From the NCBI GenBank assembly GCA_001643675.2, contig LSRY02000049.1, positions 186,001 through 250,000 of the forward strand: 64,000 bases of DNA, given 5' to 3'. This document shows, piece by piece, positions 60,409-64,000 of the stretch. Numbering within the stretch: the first letter of the stretch is position 1; each line of letters begins with the position of its first letter. The notes below the pieces were generated by a model. The model was given only the letters and a program-made list of their open reading frames with translations. It did no database searches and was not told the origin of the DNA. The position numbers were made by a program, and so were the translations under genes. This DNA comes from Monocercomonoides exilis PA203. Taxonomy: Eukaryota; Protista; Preaxostyla.

Positions 60409-61240
60409 TCATTTAAGCTTCTTGATTGATTTGCTCTCTCTACTTTTAATTTTTATTAATTTGTCGTCTTTATCATTTTTTTCGTTTCTTTCATCTTTAT
60501 CCTTATGCTTTTTATGAACAGGTGGTTCTCTAAAGTTTAATGAAGAATAAAACGACGATATTTGCGCTCCATGACCACATGAAACGCAAGCAACTTCCAT
60601 TTCCATAGGTGGTGTCGACTTACGATAATATAGAAGCGATTTTTGTTTCAGTGACAATTTTTTCTTGTTGAGCATTGACGAAGAGGATGTGTTTCGAATT
60701 TTAAGAATTCTAGAAAAGCAACGAGGGCATGAGTATTCAACCATAGGAACTTTGAAAAAATATTTTTATAATAATGAAATTTAATTGAGACACACTTTGA
60801 CGCCTTGAAGCAAACAAGATGTCAGCTGCATATTCCTGAATGAGTAAGCCAATAAAAAGCAGCTCTGGACCAGTAAATTTCATTTTTAATTGCAAGATAT
60901 TCTTTTCGTTCAGTTTTTCGCTTGCCTTTTCATGAATATAATGGAATAGGGACTGAAATATTGAATTGATCAATAAATTTTAAAAATCAAATTATTTTGT
61001 AAACAAACAGTTGGTGGAAAAGAAAGTCCAACTAAAGTTAAATTATTGTTCAAAAAATTAAAGATTTTATTTATTCAAACGAGTTGGAATTGTAGGACAA
61101 GCAATAAGAGAAAGATTTGTAAAAAAGGCATCTTCAGTTATTGTTCGATGCTTTTTTTCTTTCTGATGAGATACATATTCCAGATCATTATATTCGAATA
61201 ATTCTGAAGGGAAGGTGAGGCTCGAAGGCTGACAATCCAT
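60409..61240 (-). CDS. 226-aa protein with Rrn10-like motifs plus CxxC..CxxC zinc ribbon and basic tail; exons 61240-61081, 61031-61009, 60952-60796, 60749-60409
   Basis: Three phase-compatible GT-AG introns (49, 56, 46 nt) join the tracked ORFs 60737-60973 and 60409-60744 with two upstream exons into one 681-nt frame. Contains FPPTSLFHYIHEKAS, FTGPELLFIGLLIQEY, CPRC and CVSC. Confidence 0.7.
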
Positions 61241-61417
61241 GAATTATTTTTTTGAAGCACTTTTGAGATTAATTTTGGGAGGCAAAAAAAAAAAATCTCT
61301 CCAACATCCAAATTTTTATTTCACATAAAGAATATGACAGTTCAACGAAAAGGTAATACCAAATATACAAAACAAAACAAAGCAAAGCAAAATAAAATAA
61401 AATAAAAATAGAAAAGG

Positions 61418-64000
61418 CTACACAATTGCAGCTCTTCCAGAAAGAGAAGCTTCTTCTTCAAAATGCCTTGAAGATGGACGGAATCTGGCAGGCGCCTCAC
61501 CTTCAGGTGGAACAGGGCGCGATAAATCACTGTATTGTTGAGAGGTGGGAGTCTCAGGCGATAATAGAGAAGAATGAACAAACAGAGGCGGTGAAAGAGA
61601 TTGAGGTGAAGAATCGTTATCATCAGCATTCTCAAATTGGCTCTGAGGGTATAACGTGTGTGAAAGAGGCCGAGGGCGCGAGCCATGGCTGTGCGGACGC
61701 AAGTCGAGTGGCGGCACAGCCGCGTTTGTGGGAGACGTTCCAAAGGAGCCTGAAGCAGGAGGCTGCTGAGAGGGAGAAGTGAGTGCAGAGGAAGGAGGCA
61801 GTGGAGGCAGTCTTGTTCCTGAGTGGACAGACCCTGTCGACACTGCTCGCACAGTCCTGCCAGCCTGTTTACCTCGCTCTGTCTCACTGCCACTCCACAG
61901 CTTGTCTTCGAGCTCGTTCAGATCAGACGCATTGGACGTGCTCCCGTATGCATTCCACTTGTACCTCTGCCTCTTCAGCAGCTCCAGCTCTGCACGATGA
62001 TGCACCTCTGCCTCCTTCACCAGGCTCCGCAGGTGGCTCAGCTCTCTTTCCTGCTCCAGGAGCTCCCGCTGGACAGACGACAGAAGCACAAGCTGGTCAG
62101 CGCCGGAAGAACTGGGAGAGGCAAGGGAAGAAGAAGACGACGATGATGATAAACTGGAAGGTTCTCCATTGTTGGCATGTGGACGAAGGTTGGATCGCGA
62201 TCTAGTGGATAAATTCTTCGATAAGCGTAAAGAGGAAGTGGAAGCAGAAAGAGAAGAAGAAGAAGAAGAAGAAGAAGAAGAAGAAGAAGCAGGAGAACGC
62301 GGTGTGTGGTTTTCGTTTGTCCCGACAGAATCTCTTCGGCTGATTGCGCTTTTCAGCTCTTCTTCCATCATCTCGTCGCTTTTCTCCGCCAAAAGCCGCT
62401 TCTCTGCCTCTTCCTGGTCGAAGATGTCTCTCCTCAGCTCGTTGATCTCCTTCACCAGCGTCATGTTCTCCTTGATCAGCTGCGCAATCTCCCCCTGCTG
62501 CACCATCCGCCCTTCCACCAGCCGCTGCTGCAGCTGCTTGATGTTCTTCTCCACATGGCTCCTCGCCCGCTCGTGCTCCCTCATCTCCGCACTCGTCCCT
62601 TGCAGCACCGACCCTTCGGTGCCTATCATCAGCTCTGCTCTGGCATCGCCCCTCCCAAACGCAATGGACTGCCGCTGGAACACCCCACGCTGGCCAGGAC
62701 GCGGACGCGACGTGGCTGCACTGAAAGTGGATGAAAGCGACGGGCGAGGGCCAGATTTGCCAAACTGACTGCTGCTGCTGCGCCCTTCGCTCGTCGACCG
62801 CTCTGTTAAGGCGCCTCTTTTGGACAGAGGCAAACCAGAAAGCTTCTCCTTCCTCAGTGATTGTGATAGCATGGCACGACCATTGCTGCTGCTGTCTGAA
62901 TCAAGCTGCCTTCCTCTCTCCGTCATGCTTCCCCTGCTGTTGTACTGCCCCACACTCCAACTGGCTCTCAGTGACATCCCCTCGCGACTGGTGAATGAGC
63001 CGCGCTTTTCAGCGTCTTCCATCATCTTCGCAATGCGCTCGCGCTCTTTCGCCTCTTTCTCCTTCTTCTTCCTCTCGTTCAGCATGCTCCGTGTGGCAGC
63101 AACAGTCTTTGCCATCGGTGGGGGAAGAGAGAACGTCTGCGAGGTGCTGCCGACAATCTCCTCTCCTTTCTTCATCTGCCCCTGCGCATTGCGCCCGACA
63201 TACTCTGTGTAGATGCGGATGAAGTCTGCCTTCAGCTGCTTCGGGTCGTCCAGGTGTGGCAGGCATTCGTTCAGCTCGCCTTCCAATTTGCGCTGATAGT
63301 CGGCCGTCGTCTGCAGGCGCCGCTGCTGCACCGACAGCTCCTGCACAAGCCCTGTCAGCGACAGCTGGCTCTCCAAAATGTCCATTGAAAGACGCGTCTT
63401 CTTCTGCTCGTAGTCGCTCAGCTCTTCTTTCATCGCAATGATCTGGTTCGTCAGATTCTGAGGGAAGAAGAAGAAAGAAATAAACAGAAAAAATAAATAA
63501 AGAAAGAAATAAATAAAAATAAATAAAATAAAAAATGAATGTATCAAATAAATTATAGTATTAATGTTTCATCAAATTTAATAAATTATCATTTTTCCTT
63601 TTCAAATAATAAAAAACTATTCAACCAAACCTCAATTTCATTTTCTCTGGGTGTAATTTTCGTGTTCAGCTCCTGTATCTTCCAATCCAGAACGAACTTG
63701 AATTTCTCGAGCTCCTGGTTCTTCTCCTTCAGATCAGCAATTCTGAATGCCTTGTCCTTCACCGTCTCCTCCCTCTCCACTTTCTCCTTGTTCAGCGCTG
63801 CTATTTCTGCCTCAATCTCCTCTGCCACATCTGACAAGTGCCCATGCTCCCTCACCTGCTCCTCCCACCGCTCCTTCGCCTCCGCCAGCTTCTGCTTCTT
63901 CGCCGCCACAACCGCCATCGCCTCTGCCCTCTCCGCTCGCCGCATCTCTGCTCTCTGCTTTTCATTGTACAGACGCGCCTCCAGCTCCGTCTGGCACTTC
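61418..64000 (-). CDS. CFAP57: Cilia- and flagella-associated protein 57 (WDR65), C-terminal coiled-coil part; intron 63630-63458; 5' part lies outside the window
   Basis: REETVKDKAFRIADLKEKNQELEKFKFVLDWKIQELNTKITPRENEIE|NLTNQIIAMKEEL and IKENMTLVKEINELRR match conserved CFAP57 C-terminal motifs. The tracked N-terminus MIHSFFILF... is intron sequence. Confidence 0.88.

Noticed and set aside
1-64000. CRISPR arrays, tRNA/rRNA genes, telomeric repeats
   Set aside because: No regularly spaced repeat-spacer units, cloverleaf or rRNA-like segments, or telomere motifs recognised by eye; a tRNAscan/Infernal run would be needed to exclude small RNAs.

Overview
Gene-dense eukaryotic (flagellated protist) DNA with short AT-rich GT-AG introns, the standard genetic code and pervasive poly-Ser/poly-Lys tracts. 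The style is consistent with an oxymonad such as Monocercomonoides (inference only). No prokaryotic features, CRISPR arrays, tRNA/rRNA genes or transposases were seen. Recognisable genes: NOP58 (7 exons), a giant USP9/24/34-like deubiquitinase, a Ulp1/SENP (C48) protease, BBS8/TTC8, ALG2, a HERC2-like HECT E3 ligase and the 3' part of CFAP57/WDR65. Three things are not evident from the ORF track alone. (1) The 2236-aa orphan ORF is the last exon of a GAL4-type Zn(II)2Cys6 transcription factor whose DNA-binding motif is split over three small exons, one of 18 nt. (2) A family of six ~720-850 aa proteins I cannot assign shares a ~200-aa Trp-anchored domain and lies as two divergent tandem triplets, each triplet with its own C-terminal motif. 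(3) A 4-exon gene joins an Rrn10-like motif pair to a CxxC..CxxC zinc ribbon. Splice models were built by hand from phase-compatible GT-AG junctions, and family assignments come from recalled motifs, not database searches.
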